Source of the DNA: Sumerlaeia bacterium
GTDB taxonomy: Bacteria > Sumerlaeota > Sumerlaeia > SLMS01 > JAHLLQ01
NCBI GenBank assembly: GCA_040219255.1
Contig: JAVJSW010000004.1
Span: forward strand, 127,266-191,265
Direction: 5' to 3'
DNA length: 64,000 nucleotides
Below, one piece after another: positions 45,931-56,559 of the stretch. The notes beneath the pieces are model-generated. The model saw only the letters and a program-made list of their open reading frames with translations, had not been told where the DNA came from and did not search any database. Position 1 is the stretch's first letter. Each line of letters opens with the position of its first letter. The translations under genes were made by a program, and so were the position numbers.

Positions 45931-48483
45931 TTGGCTAAGAAGAAGGGCAAAGGCGGAAAAGCGCAGCAATCGCTCGATCCCGAGCGGGAGGCGGGGGAGA
46001 TTCGAGGACTCCTCGAACGGGGGAAGTGGAAGTTCGCGCTCGAGCGGGCGAAAGCGCTGCACAAGCGGGTCGATTCCGCCGAATCGGCGGGATTGTTGGA
46101 GAAGGCCTATGTGGGACGCGTCGCCGGTCTGCGGGAAAGTGCCTTGCTGCAAGAGGCGTCGGCGCTGATCGAAGTGGCGGTCCAGAAGTTTCCCCATCTT
46201 CGCCAGGAACTCGAAGGCGAACGCCTCGTGCTCGCCGTGCGCTCCGGTTCGGTGAGAGAACTGCTCACCGAAATCGCGCGCGTCCCCGAGCCCAGGGAGC
46301 GCGCCAGACTCGAAGACCTCCTGCGCCGCGAAGTCACAGACCCTCGGGAGATCGCCGATTGCGACACTCTGCCGTCCGATCACCCGCTGCGCCGCGCCGC
46401 CGCCGCGGTGGCCGATGCCTTCGAGGCGGTCATTTCACGTCCTGTCAGCGAAGAGGAAGTCCGCCTGACGGAGGTCTCCCGGCGAAGCCCCTTCGCGCCG
46501 TGGAAACCTCTGATTCACGCCATCGCCGCGATGTACGCCGGAGAGACCGAGCGCTGCCGCGAACTGTTGGCGACCATCGGCGAGGAGAGCGCCCCAGCGC
46601 GCCTCGTGCCCGCCATAGAAACGATGTTGGACCCTTCCGCGACCCTCCCCAATGGCCCCTCGCTCCGGCTCGCCCGCAGGGTCACCGCGTCGGAAACCGA
46701 CCTGCGTGCCGCACTGCGGCGGGTGCTGCGCGGCGTCGAGACACCCGACTACCGACTCATCCTCGAGGGCACGCAACTGGCGCTCGACTGCTGCCAGCGA
46801 ACCCGGCCGGACCTGACGAGCAAGCTGCGCAGCCGGCTCTGGCATTACATGACGGCCCATGGCGCGCCATTTGATGCCCTGACTCTGCTCTTTTCCCCGC
46901 CGCCCCGAAAGGACGCGGAGTTCTGGCTCTGGGAGGTTGCCGCCCATTGCCAGCAGGAAGGCGATCCATGGACCCACGTCTTCTACCTCGAACAATACCG
47001 CCGCCATGCCCTCGCGGAAAAACTTCTGAAGCCCGGGACCCCCGAGGAGGCGGCGCTCTATCTCCACATGGCGAGACAGCTCGCCCCCATCGATCCATAC
47101 AGAAATGAGGAAGAAGCGCGGGAGTGCGCCAAAGAGGACGCCGACCTGCTGGAGACCCTCTACGACCATCAGACGCCGGAGATACGCGCCGCCGGAGAAG
47201 TCTCGCGGGGGCCAGGAAGCGTGATGCTGGACCCGGACCACACGTTCCGGCGCGCCGCCCAATGCGATCCCCAACCATTCATCTTCCGGGAGTGGATGGA
47301 CTGGTCCGGCGGGTTTCAGGCAAAAGAGGGCGAAAAACGCAAAGAAGAGGTGGCCGAGCTTTGGGCCAGTCTCCGCCCCGGAGACGCCGAGCCCTGCCTC
47401 ATCTTATCGGAGATGGCGGAGGACCGCGGGTCCTTGACCAAAGCCATGAAGTATCTCGATGAAGGCGAGGAGCGCAATCGCCTCGACCCGGCGCTACGCC
47501 GCGCCCGGCTCACGCTGTGGTTGAAGGCGGCGCTCAAGCACGCCAAGGGGAATAAGCCCCACCTGGCGCTCAAAGATCTGGCGAACGCGCAGGAACTCGA
47601 GGCCGCCACGGAAGGAGCCAGACCCTTGCTCATCGAGGCCCTCCGCGCGGCCATCGCCGAGAGCGGCGGTTTCGAGGAGATGGCGAAAACGGCCCGGGAG
47701 AACATCGCCCGCTTCGGCGGTGACGATTTGTTTGCGACGACTTTGCTCCATCTCGCATCGGCCAACACCAGCAAAACCAAACACAAGTCCTTCACGAAGA
47801 CTCCACCGGCGCTGCCCTTCGCCCTCGCGATGGCGCGAATCATGACATTGGTGCGGGACTGTCGGCTGCCCTTGCAAGTCCCGCCGAAATGGCGCTCCTG
47901 GCTTCGCTCCGGCGCAAAAAACAAGGCCTTCCGCCAGGCGCCCCCCCAGGCCGCCTTGGCGCTCGCCGAATGGGCCTGCTTTCACCAGGATGACTACGAA
48001 CTCGCTTTCGCCGCGGCCGGAGCGGCTTTCCACGGCCCCGCCCTCCACCACCCGCGCGCTTTCTTCCTGCGCGCCGCCGCCCTCTACCGGAGCAATTTGA
48101 CTTCAGAATGGCGGCGCCCGCTCCAATGCGCAGGGACGCTCAGCAAGAACGATCCGGAGCTGCGCCAGGAAATCTCAGCCTGGGAACGCCACATCCCCAT
48201 GATCTTCCACCCCAGGTCCGTGCTGACGATGGAGGACCTTTCCCCCGCCGAAATCGAAAGGCAACTTGAAATGGAAAAGCGGCGGGCGGCTCTGCCAAAG
48301 TTGGAATTGCCCTTCCCCGTCTTCTCACCCACCGTCCCCAATCGCAAGAAAAAGCGGGAAAAGACGGCTCCGTCGCCAGCACACTCGGGCGCGAACCCAG
48401 AGCCGAACCAGGATGAGTTGCTCGATCTCTTCGGAGAATTGTTCGACGAATTCGAAGTCCGGGAGCAGAAGGACAGACCATGA
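45931..48483 (+). CDS. Large alpha-helical/TPR-like protein heading an Hsp70 paralog operon
   Basis: 850-aa helical ORF with TPR-like segments; ATGA overlap with the next gene. Confidence 0.65.
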   Translation: MAKKKGKGGKAQQSLDPEREAGEIRGLLERGKWKFALERAKALHKRVDSAESAGLLEKAYVGRVAGLRESALLQEASALIEVAVQKFPHLRQELEGERLVLAVRSGSVRELLTEIARVPEPRERARLEDLLRREVTDPREIADCDTLPSDHPLRRAAAAVADAFEAVISRPVSEEEVRLTEVSRRSPFAPWKPLIHAIAAMYAGETERCRELLATIGEESAPARLVPAIETMLDPSATLPNGPSLRLARRVTASETDLRAALRRVLRGVETPDYRLILEGTQLALDCCQRTRPDLTSKLRSRLWHYMTAHGAPFDALTLLFSPPPRKDAEFWLWEVAAHCQQEGDPWTHVFYLEQYRRHALAEKLLKPGTPEEAALYLHMARQLAPIDPYRNEEEARECAKEDADLLETLYDHQTPEIRAAGEVSRGPGSVMLDPDHTFRRAAQCDPQPFIFREWMDWSGGFQAKEGEKRKEEVAELWASLRPGDAEPCLILSEMAEDRGSLTKAMKYLDEGEERNRLDPALRRARLTLWLKAALKHAKGNKPHLALKDLANAQELEAATEGARPLLIEALRAAIAESGGFEEMAKTARENIARFGGDDLFATTLLHLASANTSKTKHKSFTKTPPALPFALAMARIMTLVRDCRLPLQVPPKWRSWLRSGAKNKAFRQAPPQAALALAEWACFHQDDYELAFAAAGAAFHGPALHHPRAFFLRAAALYRSNLTSEWRRPLQCAGTLSKNDPELRQEISAWERHIPMIFHPRSVLTMEDLSPAEIERQLEMEKRRAALPKLELPFPVFSPTVPNRKKKREKTAPSPAHSGANPEPNQDELLDLFGELFDEFEVREQKDRP

Positions 48484-48800
48484 ACGGACAACGGCCCCAC
48501 TGGCTCGACGATCCCAAAGCGCCCCTCCACACCATCCTCGGCGTCTCCGAATCCCCCACGCACGAAGAACTCCGCGCGGCCTACCTCCGCCGGCTCACCG
48601 AGTTCCCCCCCGACCGCCAGCCCGAGGCTTTTCAGCGCGTCCGCGAAGCCTACGAACTGATGAAGGACCCCTACGCGCGCTTCGAGGCCCTGCTCCGCTC
48701 CGCGGACCCCACCCGCTCACCGATGGAACTCTTGTCGGGCCACAAGAAGCTGCACTTCGTCGACAAGCAACTCTGGCTGGAGGCGTTGAAACCGAAGTGA
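48480..48800 (+). CDS. Small J-domain-like protein with degenerate HPD (FPPD)
   Basis: ILGVS..PTHEELRAAYLR...EFPPDRQPEAFQRVREAYELM. Confidence 0.75.
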   Translation: MNGQRPHWLDDPKAPLHTILGVSESPTHEELRAAYLRRLTEFPPDRQPEAFQRVREAYELMKDPYARFEALLRSADPTRSPMELLSGHKKLHFVDKQLWLEALKPK

Positions 48801-49585
48801 ACGAGAACACCCCACCCGATTTGCAGGAGCGCCTTGCCCTCTGGCTTCGAGAAACGCTCGATGACGAGCCCCCGCCCTCCGGCGTGGCGCTTGAACTGCT
48901 GACGGCTCTCGATACGCCGGAGGAAGAAATCGAAGACCCGGCGAGTCTTGCCTCGCTCTGGTCCGCGATGACCGCCCTGGCCCAGGAAACCCGGTTACAG
49001 GGCCGCGCTTTCAGCACGGTGCGCGACGAACTCGCCGCCGCCGCCGAACGCACCGCCGGCCTGCTCGAGCGCCACGAGGAAGCGCTCTCCATCGCTCAGG
49101 AAAGCGGTGCTCGCACCGCCAGCATGCAAGCCTCCGCCGAGCGCGCCGCCGCCGACGCGGTCCGGCGCGAGGTCGCCGAACTGCTCGCGGACTTGCACGA
49201 CCGCCTGCTGCTCGGCGCCAAAGCCGTGCAGGAAGTTCGCCTGGAGTTCGAAAACCGCGACGCCGCCTCGCCTCCACCCCGGGGACTCCTCGCACGCCTC
49301 TTCGGTCAGCCGCCACAGCCCCCCGATCCACCGTCCCTCGCCCCCATCGGCAAGGGCTACGAACTTGGTCTCGACCGCCTCGGCGAAGTGCTCGCCAAGT
49401 GGGATATTCGCCCCGTCGGGACCCCTGGAACCCCCTTCGACCCCCGCACCATGAACGCCCTCGATGTCGCCGACGACCCGGAGGCCGAGGACGGCGCGGT
49501 GCTGGAAGTCCTGCGCCCGGGATACACCTGGAAGGGTGAACCTTTCCGCACGGCGCAGGTCCGCGTTTGCAGGAAGAAGCGCTGA
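48797..49585 (+). CDS. grpE: GrpE-like nucleotide exchange factor (paralog)
   Basis: GTPFDPRTMNAL...GAVLEVLRPGYTWKGEPFRTAQVRV; GTGA overlap. Confidence 0.8.
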   Translation: MNENTPPDLQERLALWLRETLDDEPPPSGVALELLTALDTPEEEIEDPASLASLWSAMTALAQETRLQGRAFSTVRDELAAAAERTAGLLERHEEALSIAQESGARTASMQASAERAAADAVRREVAELLADLHDRLLLGAKAVQEVRLEFENRDAASPPPRGLLARLFGQPPQPPDPPSLAPIGKGYELGLDRLGEVLAKWDIRPVGTPGTPFDPRTMNALDVADDPEAEDGAVLEVLRPGYTWKGEPFRTAQVRVCRKKR

Positions 49586-49613
49586 ACACCCCATCCTCCG
49601 GAGCCCCACCCGC

Positions 49614-51434
49614 ATGACCACTCCCGAAATCGTCGTCGGTATCGATCTCGGTACCACCAACTCCTCCGTTGCCGCGCTCATGAACGGCAATGTGACGGTG
49701 CTTGGTTCCAAGGACACGGCACTGCTTCCGTCCGTCGTGGGCCTGACGCCCGGGGGCGAACTCCTCATCGGCGAGGCCGCCCGGAACCAGCAGCTTGTCC
49801 ACCCCGAACGCACCATCCGCAGCATCAAGCGGCGCATGGGCGAAAACGTGAAAGTCCCCCTCGGCGACCAGCAATACTCGCCCCCGGAAATCTCCGCCCT
49901 CATTCTCAAGGAACTCGCCAACTGGGCGGCGCAAAAACTCGGCGCGCCGCCCCGCAAAGCCGTCATCACCGTCCCCGCCTATTTCTCCGACGCGCAACGC
50001 CAGGCCACGCGCGAAGCAGGCGAGTTGGCCGGCCTCGAGGTCCTCCGCATCCTCAACGAACCCACCGCCGCCAGCTTCGCCTACGGCTATGGCCTCGAAG
50101 ACGCCGAACGCCACACCGTCATGATCTATGACCTCGGCGGTGGCACCTTCGATGTCTCGATCGTCACCATCGAAGGCGACATCACCGAGGTCCTCGCCAG
50201 CCACGGCGACAACCAACTCGGCGGCGACGACTTCGACCAGTTGCTTCTCGAACGGCTCGTTCAGCTCTTCCGCGAGCAGAACGGTCTCCAGATCACCCGG
50301 GAGGCCCACCCCATCGCCTGGTCACGCCTCTGGTGGGCCGCCGAAGAGGCCAAGAAAAAGCTCAGCACCGAAACCTGGACAACCGTCCGCGAAGAAGCCC
50401 TCGTCACCAAAGATGGCACCCCCCTTCACCTGGAAGCCTCCATCTCCCGGGAAGACTACGAGGCCATGATCCGCCCCCTCATCGACAAAACGCTCGAGAG
50501 CGTCACCGCCGCCCTTCGCGACGCTCAGCTCGAACCGGGCGCCATCGACGCCACCCTCCTCGTCGGCGGCTCCACTAGAACCCCGCTGGTCTGGAACAAA
50601 CTCGAAGCCGCCCTCGGCAAACCTCCCCGCCAGGACGTCCACCCCGACCTCTGCGTCGCCCTCGGCGCCGGCGTCCTCGCCGCCCGCCACGCCGGCCACG
50701 ACGTCCAGAAGGTCCTCGTCGATGTCACCCCCTACTCCTTTGGCGTCTCCCACCTCGGCGAGCGCGGTGGCCTGCCCTACGCCTATTGCTACCGCCCGAC
50801 CATTCGCCGCAACACCCCAATCCCCGTCACCCGCGCGGAAAGCTACTTCACCGTCCACGACGGACAGGAAGCCGTGGAAGTACAGGTTTTTCAGGGAGAC
50901 TCCCCCGACGCGCTCCAGAACATCCCCGTCGGCAAATTCCTCATCGAAGGCCTGCGCGACGTCCCCGCCCCCAACGAAGTGCTCTGTCGCATGAGCCTCG
51001 ACCTCAACGGCATCCTCCGCGTCAGCGCCATCGAAAAACAAACAGGCCACGCCGCCCACATCACCATCGAAGGCGCCCTCACACCCAAGAGCGAAGAGGA
51101 GATCGCCAAGGCTCGCCGCCGGCTCGACGAACTCTTCGCCCCGCGCCAGGGAGAATGGCCCGCCCTCTCCCAGCCGTCCGCCGAGAACGAACTCGAAGAC
51201 AGCGCCCCACTCCCCGGAGAAGACCCCGCATTCGCCACCCCACGCCAAAAGGCGGAGCGGCTTCTCGCCAAATCCCGCGAAGCCCTCGATACCATGCACC
51301 CCGATGACAAGGAAGAAGCTATCGGCTTCAATGAGGAGGTGCAAAACGCCATCGCGAAACAAGACCTCACCGCCCTCCAAGAAGCGATGGCGACCCTGGA
51401 GGACCTGCTCTTCTACGTTGAAGGCCACCGATGA
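49614..51434 (+). CDS. Hsp70/DnaK-family chaperone (non-housekeeping paralog)
   Basis: GIDLGTTNS, VITVPAYF, RILNEPTAA, YDLGGGTFDVS and LVGGSTR; divergent substrate-binding and lid region. Confidence 0.92.
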   Translation: MTTPEIVVGIDLGTTNSSVAALMNGNVTVLGSKDTALLPSVVGLTPGGELLIGEAARNQQLVHPERTIRSIKRRMGENVKVPLGDQQYSPPEISALILKELANWAAQKLGAPPRKAVITVPAYFSDAQRQATREAGELAGLEVLRILNEPTAASFAYGYGLEDAERHTVMIYDLGGGTFDVSIVTIEGDITEVLASHGDNQLGGDDFDQLLLERLVQLFREQNGLQITREAHPIAWSRLWWAAEEAKKKLSTETWTTVREEALVTKDGTPLHLEASISREDYEAMIRPLIDKTLESVTAALRDAQLEPGAIDATLLVGGSTRTPLVWNKLEAALGKPPRQDVHPDLCVALGAGVLAARHAGHDVQKVLVDVTPYSFGVSHLGERGGLPYAYCYRPTIRRNTPIPVTRAESYFTVHDGQEAVEVQVFQGDSPDALQNIPVGKFLIEGLRDVPAPNEVLCRMSLDLNGILRVSAIEKQTGHAAHITIEGALTPKSEEEIAKARRRLDELFAPRQGEWPALSQPSAENELEDSAPLPGEDPAFATPRQKAERLLAKSREALDTMHPDDKEEAIGFNEEVQNAIAKQDLTALQEAMATLEDLLFYVEGHR

Positions 51435-51754
51435 AGGCCCTCTCCCCCAAATGCCCCGTCTGCCGCGCCAAATTTCGAGCCTCCGTCGAATGTCCCCGCT
51501 GTGGCGCCGACCTGCGGCCCCTCATGACCGCCATCCTCCGCGCCTGGCACCTCCGCCAGCAGGCCCGCGAGGCCCTGCGCCGCCACGACCCCGAGGCCGC
51601 CGAGCCACTCGCCGCCGATAGCCTCCGCCTCCACGCCACCGAATCCGGGCGGCGCCTCCACCTGCTCGCGCGCCTCCTGCGCGAAACGGCCCCGAACGCC
51701 GAAACGCCCTGGCAACCGCCCAGCAGGCGCACCTTGCGAGAATTTCCTGAATAG
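51431..51754 (+). CDS. Zinc-ribbon plus helical small protein
   Basis: CPVC...CPRCGADL; ATGA overlap with the Hsp70 gene. Confidence 0.7.
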   Translation: MKALSPKCPVCRAKFRASVECPRCGADLRPLMTAILRAWHLRQQAREALRRHDPEAAEPLAADSLRLHATESGRRLHLLARLLRETAPNAETPWQPPSRRTLREFPE

Positions 51755-51776
51755 CGTATCTAAGCGGGCCCGCGCC

Positions 51777-52202
51777 CTATCCCAGCCGCGCCAGCGCCGA
51801 ATCGTCCAGCGGCAGCAGATCGCCCTCCTGCGGGTCGCTGAGGCGGTAGCCCCGGTCCCTCGCCAGCTTCATCAGCGCCTTCAGGAACGGCTCGCACTCC
51901 TTGCGGCTGCCCTTCAGGCTGATCGAGACAAAGCCCACGATGTCTTCCAGGCTCAGGAATCGGGCCGCGGAAATCGGAGCGTCGGGCGATATCTGGTTCG
52001 TCTTGCAGAACTTCAGGTAGTCCGTCCTGAACTCTTCCCGGGCGCTGTGCACTTCGAACTCCGTCGGTTCGAATTCGTAGATCTCGTGGGCCCGGGCCCC
52101 GGGCAAAGATGTCACCTTACGGAACGCCTCGTGCGCCAGGGTCTGAGTCCATTCCCCTGGATTGGGTCCGTGCAAGGTCAAATCGTAGCTCATCGGTTTC
52201 AC
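51777..52202 (-). CDS. Hypothetical protein
   Basis: RBS CAGGAG; protein-like composition ending GYRLSDPQEG. Confidence 0.55.
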   Translation of the reverse strand: MKPMSYDLTLHGPNPGEWTQTLAHEAFRKVTSLPGARAHEIYEFEPTEFEVHSAREEFRTDYLKFCKTNQISPDAPISAARFLSLEDIVGFVSISLKGSRKECEPFLKALMKLARDRGYRLSDPQEGDLLPLDDSALARLG

Positions 52203-52497
52203 AAACTCCTGATGAGACGGGAGCCGCTCCCGACAGGCCTTGCGCCCGTGGGGCTCCCCGCGAATTCGGGCCGATTCGAAGCAAGCGAATCGCGCACCTT
52301 GGAACCGCTAGAAAAGCCCGAGGTCGCCGCCAAAACTCAACGGAGAAAAGACATCCCGCACCCGAAAAAACGCACCCCCCGCCCCCGGTCCAATCCTCTC
52401 CCGTTGAGCTTCGGAACGCCATTCGCTCTCAATTTGTCCCATCAGCATCCGCCGCCGCCGTTCTCCAACCCGGCCGCGCACCGCGAAAGGTCCCCCC

Positions 52498-53607
52498 ATG
52501 CCCCATTTCTCCAACGCCCTCAAGTCCCTCACCGCCGGCGCCATTCTCACCCTCGCCGCCTCCGCATCCGCCGCCACCGTCACGGTCAATTTTCGTCCCG
52601 AAAGAGGCGTCACCCCCGAATACGAGGAAGTCCGCGCCGTCCTCTATTCGCCCCAGCACGGCGTCAAGGACTTCGAAACGGAAGACGATTTCTTCTCCAC
52701 CACCTTCGAAGACGTCGAGCCCGGCGTTTACCAGCTCGTCGTCTTCACCGGCGATCCCGACCGCGTCCAGGACGCCTCGCGCCCCGGCGCTTTCGTCCAC
52801 CAGGACATCGTCACCATCACCGAAGACGGCGACAACACCTTCTCCATCACCTACAAACCCTTCGATCCGGCCTCCGTCCGCGGTGAAGCCACCGTCGCCT
52901 TCACGCTCCAGCGCCCCGGCGGCGAACCCCACGCCGGCCGCACCGTGACCCTCGCCGCCATCGCCCCCACCGCCGGCATCTACGAACTGGGCGAGTACAC
53001 CACCGACGAGAAAGGCGTGGCCACCCTCACCGGCCTCGCCCCGGAAGTCCAGTACCTCCTCGCCGAGGACGGCCAGGCCATCGTCCAGGAACCCTTCTTC
53101 GGCGACGCCGAATCGATCACCGTCACCACCGCCCCCGAACGCGGCGACAAAGCCCCCAACGTCTCCTTCCGCAGCCTCGAATCGGGTGACAAAGTGTCCC
53201 TCGCCGACTACGCCGGCAAGGTCGTCGTCCTCGACTTCTGGGCCACCTGGTGCGGCCCCTGCCAACCCGCCATGGCCAAGATGAACACCTACCGCGAAGC
53301 CAACCCCTCCTGGGGCGAGAACGTCGTCCTCCTCTCCCTCAGCCTCGACGCCGAAGCCGAGGAAGCGAAACAACACCTGGGCCGCATGGGCTGGAACAAC
53401 ATGACCTCCGCCTGGGCCGGACCCGCCGAATTCCAGGAAGAAGCCCCCAAGGCCTTCAACGTCAGCTCCATTCCCACCCTCTACATCATCGACCAGGACG
53501 GCGTCGTCGTCGAAACCGGCCACCCCATGGCCATCGATACCCCCCAGATCGTCAACGACCTCCTCGCCAGGAAAGCCCCCGCTGAAGACACCGGGGCCGA
53601 CGGCTAA
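52498..53607 (+). CDS. Secreted TlpA/ResA-like thioredoxin with N-terminal beta-sandwich domains
   Basis: Signal peptide ending ASASA; GKVVVLDFWATWCGPC; IPTLYIIDQDG. Confidence 0.88.
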   Translation: MPHFSNALKSLTAGAILTLAASASAATVTVNFRPERGVTPEYEEVRAVLYSPQHGVKDFETEDDFFSTTFEDVEPGVYQLVVFTGDPDRVQDASRPGAFVHQDIVTITEDGDNTFSITYKPFDPASVRGEATVAFTLQRPGGEPHAGRTVTLAAIAPTAGIYELGEYTTDEKGVATLTGLAPEVQYLLAEDGQAIVQEPFFGDAESITVTTAPERGDKAPNVSFRSLESGDKVSLADYAGKVVVLDFWATWCGPCQPAMAKMNTYREANPSWGENVVLLSLSLDAEAEEAKQHLGRMGWNNMTSAWAGPAEFQEEAPKAFNVSSIPTLYIIDQDGVVVETGHPMAIDTPQIVNDLLARKAPAEDTGADG

Positions 53608-53682
53608 ACCCGCAACCGGCAACGACAGGCTCTCAGGGCGGGATTCCCCCGCCCCCTTACTCCATCGCCTTCTCGCCGGCCG

Positions 53683-54525
53683 CTACCCTCCTATCAGCCC
53701 CTCGCCCCGCAGCACCCCATCCAGCCCGTCCAGCAACCGCTCCAGCGCCCCCGCCACAGCCCCCGGCTCCGACCCCGCCGCCCGCAGCAGACCCTCCACA
53801 TCCGCCCGGAAAGACTCCGGCCGCTTTGGACACATCGCCTCCGCGTGCGCCAGCAACCGCTTCTCCCCCGGGTGGTACTGCTCATCGACCGCGAACAGGA
53901 TGTCGAACACGCTCGCCAACGCCGCCGCCACCCGGTGGTTCACGCTGACTAGGTCGCCGCGCGCCACGGCGCTCGCGATCTGATCCCGGTACGACGCCTG
54001 TTTCCCCCGCAGCACCGGGTGATTCTTCGCCACGATCGCCCGCTTCAGCTCCTCTGGATAAGGCGCCAGATCGACCCGTTTGCGCAATTCCCGCAGCCAA
54101 CCCCCGTCCTCCTTGTCCTCCTGCACGATCCGGCACCGCGCCACATTGTACAGGAAACACGTCGTGTAACCCAGCGACGCCTCGTGCCGGTCCAGCACCC
54201 GCGCCACCTGCTCGTCCATCCACGCCCGCTGGCGAAACATCACGTCCACCTTCATCCCCGACGCCCGCTCCACCCACTCGTCCCCCGGCTCCCAGAACGC
54301 GTTGCCCACCTCCGGCGCGTCGCTCCGCCCCCGCGCGATCTTCTCCCGCGCCGCCAGCGGCAACTCACCATCCAGGTACACGTACAAGTCGATATCCGAA
54401 ACGTCGTCCCCCATTCCCACCGCCGCCGATCCCCCCAGCGCCACCCCCACCACCTCGCGGTGCCTGCCATACAACTTCCCCAGCTCATCGGCCAGGATCA
54501 CATGCTTCGGATTCGGACGCCCCAT
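53683..54525 (-). CDS. Nucleotidyltransferase-domain protein (DUF4037-like)
   Basis: LGGSAAVGMGDDVSDIDLYVY (Pol-beta-like GS..DxD); YHPGEKRL. Confidence 0.8.
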   Translation of the reverse strand: MGRPNPKHVILADELGKLYGRHREVVGVALGGSAAVGMGDDVSDIDLYVYLDGELPLAAREKIARGRSDAPEVGNAFWEPGDEWVERASGMKVDVMFRQRAWMDEQVARVLDRHEASLGYTTCFLYNVARCRIVQEDKEDGGWLRELRKRVDLAPYPEELKRAIVAKNHPVLRGKQASYRDQIASAVARGDLVSVNHRVAAALASVFDILFAVDEQYHPGEKRLLAHAEAMCPKRPESFRADVEGLLRAAGSEPGAVAGALERLLDGLDGVLRGEGLIGG

Positions 54526-55111
54526 CGGATCGCCCCCTCTCGAATGTCAGATACACCCACGCAAAGAAACCCGGCAGCGGAGGCGCAAAGAATTTCTTCC
54601 CGCCCCCGGCCATGCCCGCGATCCTGAGCCAAAGAGGACGGAGCCTCCACAGAGCGCCTTCATCACGAGTAGCGAGTATTGGAGACCCGTTCAGCCAAGT
54701 GCATAGAAACCAGCGATCTGTCAACCCACCCCAAACCCTGATCCGATTCCTGCAAGAAATCGAAAATTCACGTAACTCCTCTCACACCAATCCTCTCTGT
54801 CCCCTCTGTGGCTCTGTGGTGATTTTTCTTGAGGAACCAGACGGCCGGTGGCGCTCCGGTAGTCTGTTTTGTCTGACAAGTGTATTTTGTCTTTCTTGCT
54901 CCCGAAGCTCCACATGAGGGGACAAACGGCGCCGCCTGTGCGACCCTCTCGCATCGATCGCAAAGGACCGGAATCCATGACCAACACCTCAACTCCCCTC
55001 CCGCTCGGTGCCCTCGCCCCGAAAACCGGAACGAAACCGCCTTGCGCCGTGTCATACGCCCCGGCACGCTCATCTGCGTGCAACCATTTGCAAAAGGAGC
55101 CAAACGCCCTC

Positions 55112-56392
55112 ATGACCTTTGCCACACTTCGCCGAGCCGCCCTCGGAGCCAGCCTCTTCAGTCTCCTCCTTCCCCTCGCCGCCACCGCCCAGTCCGCCGG
55201 CTTCTCGCCCCAAAACCCCCCCGTCACCCCCGGCGTCACCGTCCTCCTCGAAGACCCCGCCTTCTTCCCCCTTGTCGAAGGCAAACGCGCCGGTCTCATC
55301 ACCAACCCCACCGGCGTCGACGCCCGCCTTCGCAGCACCGTCGATCTTCTCCACGACAACCCCGCCGTCACCCTCGCCGCCCTCTTCGGCCCCGAACACG
55401 GCGTCCGCGGCGACGCCTATGCCGGCGACAAAGTCGACGACACCACCGACCCCAAAACCGGCGTTCCGGTCTATAGCCTCTACGGCGCCACCCGCCGTCC
55501 CAAACCCGAATGGCTCGAAAACCTCGACGTCATGATCTACGACATCCAGGACATCGGCTCCTCCTCCTACACCTACATCTACACCATGGCCTACGCCATG
55601 GAAGCCTGCGGCGAAGCCGGCATCCCCTTCCTCGTCCTCGACCGCCCCAACCCCGTCGGCGCCGACTACATCGACGGCCCCGTCATCAATACCGAGGAAT
55701 ACTCCACCTTCGTCGGCCTCTACAACATCGCCTACATGTACGGCATGACCCCCGGCGAAACGGCCATGATGTTCAACGCCGACTACAACACCACCAAATG
55801 CGAACTCACCGTCGTCCCCATGAACGGCTACCACCGCTCCATGCGCCAGTGGGACACCGGCCTGCCCTTCGTCCCCACCTCGACCCACATCCCCCACGCC
55901 GAAACCTCCTTCTTCTACAGCCTCACCGGAATCATGGGCGAAATCCGCAACGGCCTCAACATCGGCGTCGGCTATACCCTCCCCTTCGAAACCATCGCCG
56001 CCCCCTGGATCGACCGCGAGCAGCTCACCGACGCACTCAACGCCAAAAACCTGCCCGGCATCCACTTCCGCCCCATCAGCTACAAGCCCAAGTACGCCGC
56101 CTACAAAGACGAAATGTGCCACGGCGTCCAGATTTTCATTTCCGACTACAAAGCCGTCCGCCCCGTCACCGCCCAAATCCACATCATCGAAACCCTCCAG
56201 AAACTCTACCCCGGCGAAGGCGTCTTCACCGACGCCCGCGCCCAAGGCAGCCTCTTCGACGAAGTCCTCGGCACCGACTCGATCCGCCAGCGCATCCTCG
56301 CCGGCGAAACCGCCGACGCCATCATCGCCAGCTATCAAGATCGCGTCAAAGAATTCGAAAAGACTCGGTCCAAACACCTGATATACGACTGA
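55112..56392 (+). CDS. namZ: Exo-beta-N-acetylmuramidase NamZ (DUF1343/GH171)
   Basis: RBS AAGGAG; signal peptide; GLITNPTG, LFGPEHG, YSLYG, YDIQDIG..YTYIYTM and LDRPNP. Confidence 0.88.
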   Translation: MTFATLRRAALGASLFSLLLPLAATAQSAGFSPQNPPVTPGVTVLLEDPAFFPLVEGKRAGLITNPTGVDARLRSTVDLLHDNPAVTLAALFGPEHGVRGDAYAGDKVDDTTDPKTGVPVYSLYGATRRPKPEWLENLDVMIYDIQDIGSSSYTYIYTMAYAMEACGEAGIPFLVLDRPNPVGADYIDGPVINTEEYSTFVGLYNIAYMYGMTPGETAMMFNADYNTTKCELTVVPMNGYHRSMRQWDTGLPFVPTSTHIPHAETSFFYSLTGIMGEIRNGLNIGVGYTLPFETIAAPWIDREQLTDALNAKNLPGIHFRPISYKPKYAAYKDEMCHGVQIFISDYKAVRPVTAQIHIIETLQKLYPGEGVFTDARAQGSLFDEVLGTDSIRQRILAGETADAIIASYQDRVKEFEKTRSKHLIYD

Positions 56393-56559
56393 GTTCCTCT
56401 CAGAATTTGCCGAAGAAATTGACAATTTTTTGCATGCAACCCCTTTCTGCACTTGACGGGACAGGCCCTCCGGCACTAGCAATCTGTCATACGCAACTCA
56501 TTGTCCTTTCCTTTTTGCAACCCTCTCCAACACCCCCATTTTCTCGAGGTACTCCTCTC

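Noticed and set aside
53683-54525. Nucleotidyltransferase as part of a toxin-antitoxin or CBASS-like defence system
   Set aside because: Stand-alone DUF4037-like gene with no HEPN partner or effector adjacent.
55510-56559. Arg/His/Pro-rich extension apparently fused to pilin 3
   Set aside because: Alternative frame of the C-rich namZ gene; the real start is TTG 56560.
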